Under the pieces are notes generated by a model, which worked only from the letters and a program-made list of their open reading frames with translations, ran no database searches and had not been told where the DNA came from. Position numbers and translations under genes: made by a program. Below, one piece after another: positions 11,907-24,049 of a stretch of 64,000 nucleotides of DNA (positions within the stretch are counted from its first letter, which is position 1; every line of letters starts with the position of its first letter). The DNA lies in contig OZ024750.1 of assembly GCA_964016885.1 (NCBI GenBank), positions 34,782,001 through 34,846,000 on the forward strand, given 5' to 3'. The stretch is from Eledone cirrhosa. Lineage: Eukaryota.

Positions 11907-12255
11907 ATGGAGGCACATGGCTTAGTGGTTAGAGTATTGGCCTTGCAATCGAAAGGTTGTGAGTTCAATTCTCAGACCGGGTGATGTGTTGTGTCCTTGA
12001 GCAAGACACTTTATTTCACATTGCTCCAGTTTACTCAGCTGTAGAAATGAGATGATAGGGACTGGGGTCCCTATCATTCCACTGCAAAGTGGTCGTGGAG
12101 GTGCCACGGCAAAAAAAGCACCCAGCACTCACTGTAAATGAGGTTAGTGTTAGGAAGGGCATCCAGCTGTAGAAATCAAGCCAGAATCAGTTCCCGTCCC
12201 ACCCTTGCAAGCAGGGAAAAAGCGGACATAAAATGAAGATGATGATGATGATGAT
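11907..12255 (+). mobile_element. SINE family B, full length
   Basis: Same sequence as 9696-10040. Confidence 0.9.
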
Positions 12256-12943
12256 GTTAGTGCCACTGAAAATGATTATGTCTAATACAGAATAATAGAG
12301 CTAATAATTTTCAACACAAATCACTCATCTCTTTTCTACAATAAAATCCCCTTATTTCTAAAATGTCTCTCGTTGATTACAACATGACTGACAATCATCT
12401 TTCTTATGTAAGACTTCAATACTCTTTCTTACAAACCAGATGTCAACTTGATTCAACTTATGTTTTCACTAAAGATTTAAACCCTATCTTGTATAATGCA
12501 TTAAAACAGATCAAATGGGTTTGTTTCCTTTGTTAGGTTCTATATTTAAACATTTCTTCTAAGATATTTCTCACTGAACATTTCCAGCAAGTTATTCCTA
12601 ATCTTAGTTTAGTTTTATCTTATTTTGAAGTACATCAACTCTGTTTTCTATCATTTAAACATTTTTTTTATGGTTGATAAATCTTTGGACTGAACATTGT
12701 TATAATACTTGTAAAGGAATGATTTCCAATAAAATTTTGGAAGCTTTTCTGATTGATATTGTGATAAATTCTCCACAATCAGTGTGTACATCTATCAATA
12801 TAAAGACAGTCAATGTATTTTTGTTGGCTTACATGGGAAGTAGATACTGGCAAGGCCAAAGGCAAAAGACAAAGTCTCTTCAAGATTTGTTGCTTGTACT
12901 TATGGCAGCATTTTCCCGGGGTGGGTTGAGCCGGATGCATTAA

Positions 12944-13149
12944 CCCTTTAACATTTAAACTGGTTGTATCTGGCCAGAATTCTCTCAACTCCTTCTGTTC
13001 AAACTGACTGCAACCAGCCACTCATACTTATGTTAAGGTATTTTTCTCAAAATATATCATATATCAAAATCTCATAGATTTGATATTGTGAGATGATTGT
13101 TACCACGAAAATTCAATAGTAAATATGGAGTCTTGTAAATGCTAAAGGG
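12944..13149. mobile_element. piggyBac-like TTAA MITE
   Basis: TTAA-CCCTTTAACATT...AATGCTAAAGGG-TTAA. Confidence 0.85.
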
Positions 13150-13164
13150 TTAAAAAATTCATGG

Positions 13165-13515
13165 TGTCCCTCATGAATGCAGACCTTGCACAACAACCAA
13201 AGGTAATTGAATCGGAGATGGCCAACTAATCACAATTCCAATAGTGGGTACTGAACACACTTGGGCCCAGGTGGATTTCAATGTCACTTTTCACAGTGTG
13301 CAGCCTAATTTTCAGCTGCATTGTTTGCGCCATCTTTGAAGTGGTTATGGATCAACTGCTTCATGGATGAATTCACCCTGTTGATGCTGAAGTGCATGGC
13401 CAAACCATCTCAGTTGATGTCCATGAAGAATGTTCCCAATTGGTCTGATGTTATAACATGAGCAGACCTCTGCATTCAATAAGAAGTGGTGCCAGCGGAC
13501 ATGAAGGATGCGTTT
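13165..13515 (-). mobile_element. Decayed RTE LINE C-terminal fragment
   Basis: RILHVRWHHFLLNAEV....HQLRWFGHAL motif. Confidence 0.7.
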
Positions 13516-15950
13516 TTGTTTTTTGCTTGTTAAATATTAGATTAATATCAAGATAATTATTGGAAGATTACAATACCTGAAGGTGCATGGCTTAGTGATC
13601 AGAGAGTTGGATTCACAATCGAGTGTTTGCGAGTTCAATTCTTGGACTGGGTGATGCATTGTGTCCTTGAGCAAGACACTTTATTTAGTTGCTCCTTCTG
13701 CCAGGAGTTGCAACTGGTAGATAGTATCAACAATGGAAAAATCAATGGAAACATTGTTACCTTGGTTCGATTTGATGAGGTCCACCCCACTCAGCAAGTA
13801 AGGTCTGGATCTTGTCAATCATGTTAAAAAGAAAAAAAAAAAATATCAGTTGTAGAGTTTCAGTTTTAACCTTCAATGCGCTGTGGGTGACAGAAGGCGC
13901 CATAACAGTAATCTCCTCTTAATAGATAATGCAGTGACAAGAGAAACAACTCATAGAAATTACTAGCGTGTTAAAGGATAAAATAACAAAGTTGTTATCA
14001 GATGTGTCAAAGGTTTTACTTTACAATAAAAGAAAATTGTTACTGATCTTTTGAAGTTTTAGATGAATAAATTGTTTTTATCTTTCATTTTTAAATAGAA
14101 TATATACAAATTATTGTTAACTGTTAATCTATTCAGGAAGTTCTGAGTAATTAAACATATCAGCTATCTGTGCCATCATTGGGGTATATTTAAAAAATAT
14201 ATTTTACAGCTTATTTCTTACTTCTTAAAGGTGATGAATTGCCAGTCATTTGAATGTCAGATAGAATGCTTTGCAGTATTCATTCTCTGAACTCTCTGAG
14301 TTCAAATCCTGCCGAGGTCAACTTTACCTTTCATTCGATAAAAGAAAGTACCAGTCTAGTACTGGGGTCAATTTCTTCTTCTATGTCTCTTTCTCATTTC
14401 TATTCTCTCACTTTCTATCCTTCTCTTGAAGAAATCAGAAATCTACTGCATTGAAACCCGGAGAGGAGATGGACCTCCTAGAAATGCTGTATGTTGATTC
14501 TGCCTCTCTATTTCTTTCTCACTTCCATTCCTTCTCATGAATTCTCTCCTTCTCTGGAAGAAATCTGCTGTGTTCAGACCTGGAGAGGAGACAGGCTCCA
14601 CCAGGTTTAAAATACCCAATAACTGTATGTTACTACAGCACTTCTATGACACAGTGAGGAGTTACAGGACCTTATCATACCATAGTGGCTCAATAGTATA
14701 ATTTTAATTAGTAACTACAGATTAAGATTTCAAAGTATGCAAGAGGCATATTGTATCCCTGGGGAAAGGTTAATCTGTTATAAATTTTCTGTTGCATCCC
14801 TGGGAAGGTAGCTTAGTGGTTAGAAAATAGGATTCACAATCGGGAAGTTGTAAGTTCAATTTCCAGACTGAGTGATGCATTTTGTTCTTGAGCAAGATAC
14901 TTTATTTTACATTGTTCTTTCTGCCAGGAGTAGCAACTGGTAGATAGTATTAGCAATGGAAAGACCAATAGAAATATAGGTTCCTTGGTCTGATTTGATG
15001 AGTTCCACTTCAGTAAGTAAATGTGGTCTGGGATCTTATCAATCATTTTCAACAAAAAAATTCCCTGGAAAAAGGACTGTAACCTAGTTTCTTCAATTCC
15101 TTTTGTTGGAGAATATTTCCCTACTATGGTTGATTCTGGGAACAGTATCCATCTCCCAAAACACATTATTTCTGAAAATATACTAACATAGAAGAAGGCA
15201 AACATATTTTTTTAATATTTCATACTTTGTTTTTGTTTTCATATTTTATAGAATTTAATTACATTTCCTTTTAGTGTCTTAGCTTGAGTTATAAGTATAA
15301 GATAAATAAAACCAATACAAATAAAAAATAAAATAAAATTATATATTTTTATCAGTGAACATAACTTCAAGATGAAAGTAAATAATTCAATATTTTCATG
15401 CATTATTTTGTTTGTAGTATGTATAAAATTTAAATTCTATATTAATAGGAGCTTTTCTCAAACATTAAATTTAGTCTATTTGAGATGAAACAACTTTCTT
15501 ATTTGTTTAAATATTTGGGTTCTCTTTAATTTTTTGTTTTTCTCTCAAGCCTAACAGCTCTGCTCTTGATTCATCGGTTGTGGCAACGTATAAAGGATCA
15601 TGTTCAATCTTTTAATTTAAAGAAATGGAAATCATATTGTCATTTTTATTATAGTAAATACCTTTAAAAGTTTATTAATGATTCATTAATGATAAAGCAG
15701 CTTCCCTGTAACAGTTTTTGTATTCCACATTGAAAAGGATCAATCATCTATGAATATTGATTTTTAATAATCATGAGAATGTCTTTTGCATAAGCATAAA
15801 ATGAATTGAATTTACGTAAGAGAGAGAATGGAGTTTATTGAATAAATTCTAGAATATAACTGGTAGATATTTTGCTAATCACTGGTGGATAAAAAGCCAA
15901 ATCTACCTGAATAGGATCTGGACTTAGATGTAGAAAGTATAGAATTAAAT

Positions 15951-16389
15951 ATGCATTCGTGAATTTTATATCAAATAATAACAATATTCGATTCATTTGC
16001 AAGCAAACAGCCACATTACACTGCGCGTTTTAGACGGCCATCATAATTCTTTTGTTCTAGCAGTGACAGAGAGACATAACTGACAATATTGTTTCTGGCT
16101 TATTGTTGATTGTTTCTCTCTGTCATCGCTGGAACAAAAGGATGATGATATTCGTCTAAAATACATAGCATAATGAGGCTGTTTGCTTGCAAACAAATCA
16201 AATAATATTATTATTTGACGCATAGAGTTACGGTCCTTGCCATTCTGAATTCAAATCCTGCCAAGGTTAACTTTGTCTTTCATCCTTACGGGGTCGATAA
16301 AATAAAGTACCAGTAATGCACTGGGTAATTGCTGGCCTTGTGCCAAAAGTAGAAACAATTATTATTTGATATAAAACTCACAAATGCAT
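15951..16389. mobile_element. Fold-back MITE with long imperfect inverted arms, interrupted by a family A SINE (~16219-16362)
   Basis: ATGCATTCGTGAATTTTATATCAAATAAT...ATTATTTGATATAAAACTCACAAATGCAT. Inner arms TTTGCAAGCAAACAGCC / GGCTGTTTGCTTGCAAA. ATTATTATTTGA is repeated around the SINE. Confidence 0.8.
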
Positions 16390-16549
16390 TTATGTATCCA
16401 CTATGTTAGCAAAACTAATTTTAGTTGTGATAAAATTAAATACTGTTTGCTTAAATGTGCAGTAGATACTGGCAAGGCAATATGGAAAGTCTCTTCACAA
16501 TTTGATGCTTGCCAAATTTTAAACTCTTGTTTTTCTTTATCCAAAAGAG

Positions 16550-17265
16550 ATCACCACCATCGTTTTTACGACCTCTTTTCAATGCTTGCATGGCTTGGAC
16601 GGATCCTTCTTAGCACGGCATCTCTCCACTTGTCACGCTCCTCCGTCATCTCCTCTGCCAGATTTGAGGTCAGCTCTCACAACCTCTGCCAGATTTGAGG
16701 TCAGCTCTCACAACCTCTGCCAGATTTGAGGTCAGCTCTCACAACCTCTGCCAGATTTGAGGTCAGCTCTCACAACCTCTGCCAGATTTGAGGTCAGCTC
16801 TCGCAACCTCTGCCAGATTTGAGGTCAGCTCTCGCAACCTCTGCCAGATTTAAGGTCAGCTCTCACAACCTCTGCCAGATTTGAGGTCAGCTCTCACCAC
16901 CTCTGCCAGATTTGAGGTCAGCTCTCACCACCTCTGCCCAGGTTTTTCTTGGTTGTCTTCTATTACGGCCTCTTTCCCACTCGGGGTTTCTTGGCATTTC
17001 TTCACCCATTGGTCATTGTCCATGCACATCACATGTCCATACCAATGCAGTTTTCACTCCTACACGCCATCTTGCATTCACCTTAAGTCCAGCTTCTCCC
17101 CCAGTTCGTCTAAGGTCTGCCTTTCTCTCACATGTACATTGCACATCCAACAAAACATAATTGTTTCAATTCTCTCCAGTCTACACATGTCCTCTGTGGT
17201 CACAGCTCATGTTTCACTACCATGCAGCATTGCGCAACCACACACAGGTGTCATACAGTCTTCCT
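16550..17265 (-). mobile_element. RTE LINE 3' end
   Basis: Minus-strand RRQPRKTWAEVV motif and GGTCGTAAAACGATG-type tail. Confidence 0.75.
16653..16940. repeat. 31-bp tandem repeat x9 inside the RTE 3' end
   Basis: CTCTGCCAGATTTGAGGTCAGCTCTCACAAC units from 16653. Confidence 0.95.
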
Positions 17266-17319
17266 TTATAAAATTTAATTTTACAATATATTTTAGTTTG
17301 ATAATATGCTGTATTATAA

Positions 17320-17705
17320 ATCAAACCATGGAGTTAAGTAGCCTCACCAACCCACAATTGGTCAATCGTGGAGTGCATAGCTCGGAGATCAGAGAATTGC
17401 TCCAGGTAGAGGCGCTGCTTCTCTGAATTGAGAGATCATAGCTTCGGTACTATGGGTATGTGTTTAGAATGTCTTGGGGGAAGAATCACTGGACAAATTT
17501 TATGGGTAAAACCAACCAGCAAGAGACCTTGGGGTAAATTATGAGCAAGATGGTTGGATAATATCCACAAGCTTGGCTGGTCTCATTTGGGGATCCAGCT
17601 GGATTGCTTCTGACAGGACCCGCTGGAAGGAGTGTTTGAGGACTCTGCCTGCCCCCACAACCCTCTCAGGAATAAGTGGATGAAGAAGAAGGAGGAGGAG
17701 AAGAA
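17320..17705 (+). mobile_element. RTE LINE 3' end with GAA tail
   Basis: IRELLQVEALLL*IERS*LRYYGYVFRMS motif. Confidence 0.7.
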
Positions 17706-18401
17706 GAATTTACTATTTGGAATTATCTCCCCTTTTCATTGAGAGTCACTATCGATTGTCACTAGGATTTATGTTTTCTTTTTCTAATTCATTAAGAAGT
17801 GTTTTTATTTCCACACATGCAATACAATAAGTACATTGGAAATAACTGAGATATATTTATTAAGTACATTAGCACTTAATAAATAAATCTGTTATTTCCA
17901 TTACCTCAGTTTTGTTTAATATTATTAATCTTAGTGCAGTTAAAACTGTGTTTTGTTTCTTACTCTCTTTCTTCACTAATTACATCTGGGAATTTCATTA
18001 ACAAAAAACACATTATGTTATTATTCACTTTCAGAAAACAAATTTTTCTTTTGAAAAGAAAATGTCTCTTAATGTTTATTTAATTAGGCAGCTATGATTA
18101 CAAACTATGATCTTGAGAACGATTACTCTAGTGTATAAATTTTAAAAGACATTTTAGAAGTAAAGCTTCTTTATAAAGAATTGTTGAAAAGATTTTATGA
18201 TTAATTTCCCTATATTAATTAAGGAATAGAAAAGTTAGTAAAAATATGTTTTTCTGAATTTGAGATTTATAAAAAAAATGATCAAGTAATTAGAATGGTA
18301 ACTGTATCATCATCCTCATTTTAATGTCCACTGTTTCTGCTAGTAAGGGTTGGATGGGTCAACATAAACCACATCAGTACTGAAGCAGGGCAACTGACCT
18401 T

Positions 18402-18403
<2 letters not shown>

Positions 18404-18480
<77 letters not shown>
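18404..18480. repeat. (TA)n microsatellite between two copies of an RTE/SINE tail
   Basis: Direct reading. Duplicated ~90-bp flanks at 18308 and 18481. Confidence 0.9.
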
Positions 18481-18482
<2 letters not shown>

Positions 18483-19394
18483 TCATCACCATTATCATTT
18501 TATCGCCCACTTTCCCTGCTAGTAAGGGTTGGATGAGTCTACATAGACCACATCAGTATTGAAGTGGGGCTACTGATCTCCCAGACATGCCAGGGATCTT
18601 TATCTCTTTTACAGAAATGACAAAATAGTCAGAAAGAAAATTAACTTATTGAAATAAACATTTAGTGTCCAGAGTTGGTTTAAAGTTGGTAACAAAAATG
18701 CAGTTTAAAATACTTGTAACATATAGAACTTCCTAGCTTCTTTACAGCTTCCCCTGCTTCCCTCTTTTTACACTTAGTTTGCCTCCCGTTGGCATTCCCT
18801 CTTTAAAATTTTATTTTATTTTAAATTTAAATCTTGTTTATATTCACTCACCTCTGTACATCTTGATTTGTTTTTGTTTCTCAACCGTAAGAAGTACTCA
18901 ATACTCTCCCTATTCTGTCATAGCTTACTGGCTCTATACGGACGTTTAAATTGATCAAACAAATAAATATAGCTAACTACTTCTGTTAGTTTTGTGCCAT
19001 GTCAGTCTGTCTGGCAGTAAACTGTTAGAATACCTTTTGTGGTGAAGAAATCCACCAAAATTTATTTCCTTCTTTGGGAGTGCCTCAGCATCCTCTATGG
19101 AATGTGAAAGAGTTCAGCACAGAAACCATATATGTGAACCTGGAAGAAAAACTGAAGATGGAGAAATTTTGAAGTTTTTACAGTAAATTGGTAAAGTCGT
19201 TAGAACATCTGAAAGAATGTGGTATTCGTTCCACTAAGTTCAAATCTCGCCAAGGTCAACATTGTCTTTCATCTATTCAAGGTCAATAAAGTATCAGTCT
19301 AGTACTGGAGTTGATTATTTATTTATGTTCTTTTTCATTTCCTTTCTCTCACTCTCTATCCTTCTATGGAAGTGCACCTGAGCACTGTACACAA

Positions 19395-20072
19395 TTGGCA
19401 GTATCGGTAGAGGGTCGGACACCATGCTTTGATGCATAGAGTTACGGCCCTTGCCATTCTGAGTTCAAATCACGCCGAGGTTAACTTTGCCTTTCATCCT
19501 TACGGGGTCGATAAAATAAAGTACCAGTAATGCACTGAGATAATTGCTGGCCTTGTGCCTAAAGCAGAAACAATTATTATTTATTTCACACAAAGAAAAA
19601 TCCACACTGTATCATCCTATATTGTCTTTAATGTTTCCTTAACGTGAGCCCTATATGGCTAATAAAGAAATCATCATCATCATCATTATTATTGCAGCAT
19701 AGAGTTATGATCTGAGTTCAAATCCTGTTGAGGTTAACTTTGCCTTTCATCCTTACGGGGTTGATAAAATAAAGTACCAGTCACGTACTGGAGTCGATTT
19801 AACCGACTTCCCCCTCTCCCCAAATTGCTGGCCTTGTGCCTATATAAGAAACCATTATTATTATTATTATTATTATTATTGGCAGTATCAGTAGAAGGTC
19901 GGACACCATGCTTTCCAGCATAGTTACGTCCCTTTACGGTCTGAGTTCAAATCCCGTCGAGGTTAACTTTGCCTTTCATCCTTATGGGGTCGATAAAATA
20001 AAGTACCAGTAATGTACTGCGTAATTGCTGGCCTTGTGCCAAAAGTAGAAACAATTATTATTATTATTATTA
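19395..20072 (+). mobile_element. Cluster of three family A SINEs plus an L1/Tx1-like 3' UTR remnant
   Basis: SINEs at ~19395, 19693 and 19880. GCCCTATATGGCTAATAAAGAAA at ~19650 resembles the Tx1 3' end at 62900. Confidence 0.8.
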
Positions 20073-20198
20073 TTGTTGGCTCCTTACTTGTGAAAATGTG
20101 TTATCGTGAGCTCCAAAAGGTTTGTTGTTTTAAGTTGTTTTGAATTGCCAGTTATGGAAAAGTTTTGTTGTTAACTATTGATAAGTTCATATATATGA

Positions 20199-20529
20199 TG
20201 GAGGCACATGGCTTAGTGGTTAGAGCATTGGGCTTGCAATCGAAAGGTTGTGAGTTCAATTCTCAGACCGGGTGATGTGTTGTTTCCTTGAGTAAGACAC
20301 TTTATTTCACATTGCTCCAGTTTACTCAGCTGTAGAAATGAGATGATAGGGACTGGAATCCCTACCATTCCACTGCAAAGTGGTCGTGGAGGTGCCACTG
20401 CAAAAAGCACCCAGCACTCACTGTAAATGAGGTTGGTGTTAGGAAGGGCATCCAGCTGTAGAAATCAAGCCAGAATCAGTTCCCGTCCCACCCTTGCAAG
20501 CAGGGAAAGCGGACGTAAAATGATGATGT
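20199..20529 (+). mobile_element. SINE family B, full length
   Basis: Same sequence as the other family B copies. Confidence 0.9.
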
Positions 20530-21880
20530 GACTTTCTGAAAAGGACGCTCAATGATATTAGGGCCTTCAGCCCAAATTTGAACTTTATTTTGTCAGAACA
20601 AACAATTTTTTTTGTAAAAAAAACATGGATGGTATACACCTCCAAAAAGTAAGCCAGCTGCCATGTGACAGCGGCTCTAATATAGACACTACTCCCACCA
20701 CCACCATTGTGAACTTTGCCACAATTGCCATCAAGGCAGATGGTTTTGCTAACAGTAACCGTAGCAATAGCAAGTCCCCAAAGTTTGCCCTGTGCATCAG
20801 ACGTCAACGTGGACTTTCCACCTTTGCCAATGACTACTGATGTGAAAGCCACAATGTCGAGGAGTACATCCAACACCACTGATACCACCACCACCACCAC
20901 CACCACCACAGCAACAACTGAAACAAACAATAACAACAGCAACAACACCAGTGCAAAACTAAATGTGTCTTTTGCAAACAAAACTATTGAGGTAAGCCAG
21001 AAACAACTAAATGAGGCCAGGAGAATGGTGAAGAAAATTGGTTACATGGTCAGCCTTACTCCTCCATCAAACACCACTCAACATCAGCAGCTATCTACGG
21101 TATCATACCGTACAATTATCACAAAAACAAGCCAAGTGGAGCAGGCATCCGAGTCACAGATTCAAAAAGGCTCATAAGAATAAGGGTGAATGCTGGGATT
21201 GTGTGGGATTAGCAAATAGGGGAGGAGGGTGTAAAAGCCTCGCAAAGCTGCTTAGACGTTTCCAACTGTCTGACAGGTACTGACTGGATTTCCTGAATGT
21301 GCCAATGTGGACATGGACAAACCACATCAGGTCATCCAGATAGGGTATTTTGTAAGGAAATAGATAGTTCTAGCATAGGTTATCCACAATTCAAAATAGT
21401 TGACTGCACAGATCACAAATTCGTGATCAGTGTGGTCGACTTAGATAGGCTTCATAGACAGCGACCCAGCTATTGGAAGCTAAATGCATTGTTGACAGTG
21501 CACAAAGCCTACAGAGACCGTATTAGAAAACTAGTTAAGCAGGCGTTGATGGGGGCAATCATCAATAACAAATAGTGGTTTGCCCTGAAAAGAGGGATTA
21601 GAATAGAGTCCATTAGGTTTAGTAAAGCGTTAGCAATAGAGAAAAATAGAGCAGAAGGAGAACTAATCAGAAAATTACACGAGGCGCTTAGTAAAGGCAT
21701 CGCGACTGATGTGCTTGCGGTGAAATTGGCCCTTGACCAATTCTTCAATGCAAAGCATGAAGGCTGCATTGTCAGAGCTAGGGCACATGCTCTCAGACAT
21801 GAGAGGACGAAAGCCATTCGATGGGCCAAAGTGGCGGAGGTGCGTCGTGGCAACAAAGCCACGATCCAGTCTTTGAAGGA
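20530..21880 (+). mobile_element. Decayed Tx1/L1-clade LINE (ORF1-like remnant, endonuclease C-terminus, linker)
   Basis: DRVF...TDHKFV...PSYWKLNALL (APE end plus YWKLN motif) and KHEGCIVRARAH. Stops and deletions present. Confidence 0.8.
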
Positions 21881-22437
21881 CACACACACATGCACGCACA
21901 CACACACATTATGATGGGTGAGGTGGGCAGGCAAATAGTCCAGCATGCAGGGGTGAGGGCCAAGACCTCCCTTGCTACTGTTATGTGTGTGCAGATTGAG
22001 TTCATTTCATGGGTGCATATGTCATTGATGTTATTTTTCCTGTATGTGTGCTTTGTGTATTGTCAATGGGAGTGTGTGTATGTGTGTAAGCTTGTATGAT
22101 TGTCTGTTTCTGTGTGTTAGTATATATACCAAATGGAAAGAGAAACATATCCAGAACTTATACATATATACATATATACAAAATGGTTGACTGAATACAC
22201 ACCTGTTTGCTTTCTCCCCTTTTTTTCTTCATTCTTTCCTTTTCTCACTCTCTTCCTGCTATTTCAAGTGTTATATATCTCTTCAATGTACTGTCATTTG
22301 CTTTGTTATTTCTGTTTACCTTATATAGTAATAATAATAAATTTGAAGACTAAAATCCAAAGAGGGCTCGATAAGGATAAATATATATCAAATATATAAG
22401 AACTGTAGAGCAAATATTTATTAAAATAACAGATTAA

Positions 22438-22488
22438 AGTTTAAGCAAAGAATCGCTGCTTTCACCCTTAACGGGATCTTCTGAAACT
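22438..22488 (-). ncRNA. Type I hammerhead-ribozyme-like motif (CAGAAGA core)
   Basis: AGTTT-CAGAAGA-TCCC gttaa GGGT-GAAA-GCA gcgattctt TGC-TT-AAACT. Stems I, II and III all pair. Confidence 0.55.
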
Positions 22489-22588
22489 AACAAAGTCAAT
22501 CAAAGTCAAGCAGCGATTCTTTGCTTAAACTTTAATCTGTTATTTTAATAAATATATATATATATATATACCAATATATGTGTGTGTG

Positions 22589-22850
22589 TGGAGGCACGTG
22601 GCCTAGTGGTAAGAGTGTTGGACTTACGATCATAATGTCGTGGGCTCGATTCCTGGGTTGTGTGTTATGTTCTTGAGCAAAACACTTCATTTCACGTTGC
22701 TCCAGTATACTCAGGCTGAAAATGAGTACCAGCAATAGCTGGAGGTTTAATCTTGCGATGGACTGGTGTCCTGTCCAGGAGGGAGTCTTGTACTCTCAGT
22801 CGCTTCACGCCATGAAACCGGGATAAGCACTGGTGAAATAAGTCTTAAGA
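22589..22850 (+). mobile_element. tRNA-derived CORE-like SINE, variant tail
   Basis: TGGAGGCACGTGGCCTAGTGG head and TTCTTGAGCAAAACACTT core. Related minus copy at ~30265-30550. Confidence 0.75.
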
Positions 22851-22891
22851 CAGACTTTAGAAATATATATATATATATTTGTACAGATTAA

Positions 22892-22943
22892 AGTTTAAGC
22901 AAAGAATCACTGCTTTCACCCTTTTACATGATCTTCTGAAACT
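22892..22943 (-). ncRNA. Second hammerhead-like motif of the same family (weakened stem II)
   Basis: AGTTT-CAGAAGA-TCAT gtaaaa GGGT-GAAA-GCA gtgattctt TGC-TT-AAACT. Confidence 0.4.
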
Positions 22944-22948
22944 CTTTT

Positions 22949-22980
<32 letters not shown>

Positions 22981-23087
22981 AACAACACTAATTATTCCAT
23001 TACCAAAGGTTTCAGGAAACTAGACGATTCTTACAGAAACGTCCAGCTATTTCCTCCATTCAAATAATTATCTAAAATAGTTATATT

Positions 23088-23165
<78 letters not shown>

Positions 23166-23234
23166 TATATATATATATAAACGGAATAGAATGAAACGAA
23201 ATTTCATTTTTCACATATATATATATATGTAAAA

Positions 23235-24015
23235 TAATTATTTCTACTTTTGGCACAAGGCCAGCAATTATCCCAGTGCATTACTGGTACTTTATTTTAT
23301 CGACCCCGTAAGGATGAAAGGCAAAGTTAACCTTGGCGGGATTTGAACTCAGACCATAAAGGGCCGTAACTCATTGCTGCAAAGCATGGTGTCCGACCCT
23401 CTACCTATATATATAAAATAATTGTTTCTACTTTAGGCACAAGGCCAGCAATTACCAGTGCATTACTGGTACTTTATTTTATCGACCCCGTAAGGATGAA
23501 AGGCAAAGTCAACCTCGGCGGGATTTGAACTCAGATGGTAAAGGGACGTAACTATGCTGGAAAGCATGGCGTCCGACCCTCTACCGATACTGCCAATCCA
23601 CCGAATAATCCTTATTGAGCCCTCTTCAGATTTTAGTCTTCACATTTATTATTACTATATATATATATATATATAAAGTCATTTTGGAAGCCTCAACAAT
23701 GCAGATGGGTAAATCTCTGGGTAACAAAATAAGTGGTATTGAGAGAGAGAGAGAGAGATGTAAGAGGAAGTGTAGAAAGCGATGTAGAGAGCGTAAGAGA
23801 ACGCAGGAAAAGTGTAAAAAATAATTATTTCTACTACTTTTGGCACAAGGCCAGCAATTATCCCAGTGCATTACTGGTACTTTATTTTATTGACCCCGTA
23901 AGGATGAAAGGCAAAGTTAACCTCGGCGGGATATGAACTCAGACTATAAAGGGCCGTAACTCTCTGCTGCAAAGCATGGCGTCCGACCCTCTACCGATAC
24001 TGCCAATCCACCGCC
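23235..24015 (-). mobile_element. Three family A SINEs within TA-rich sequence
   Basis: Copies at ~23235-23404, 23418-23603 and 23822-24015. Confidence 0.85.
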
Positions 24016-24049
24016 CTTTAAAAGTGTAAAAAATAATAACAGAAGATAG

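Noticed and set aside
20199-20275. tRNA genes suggested by A/B boxes
   Set aside because: All are SINE heads continuing into SINE body and tail, with no proper acceptor stem.
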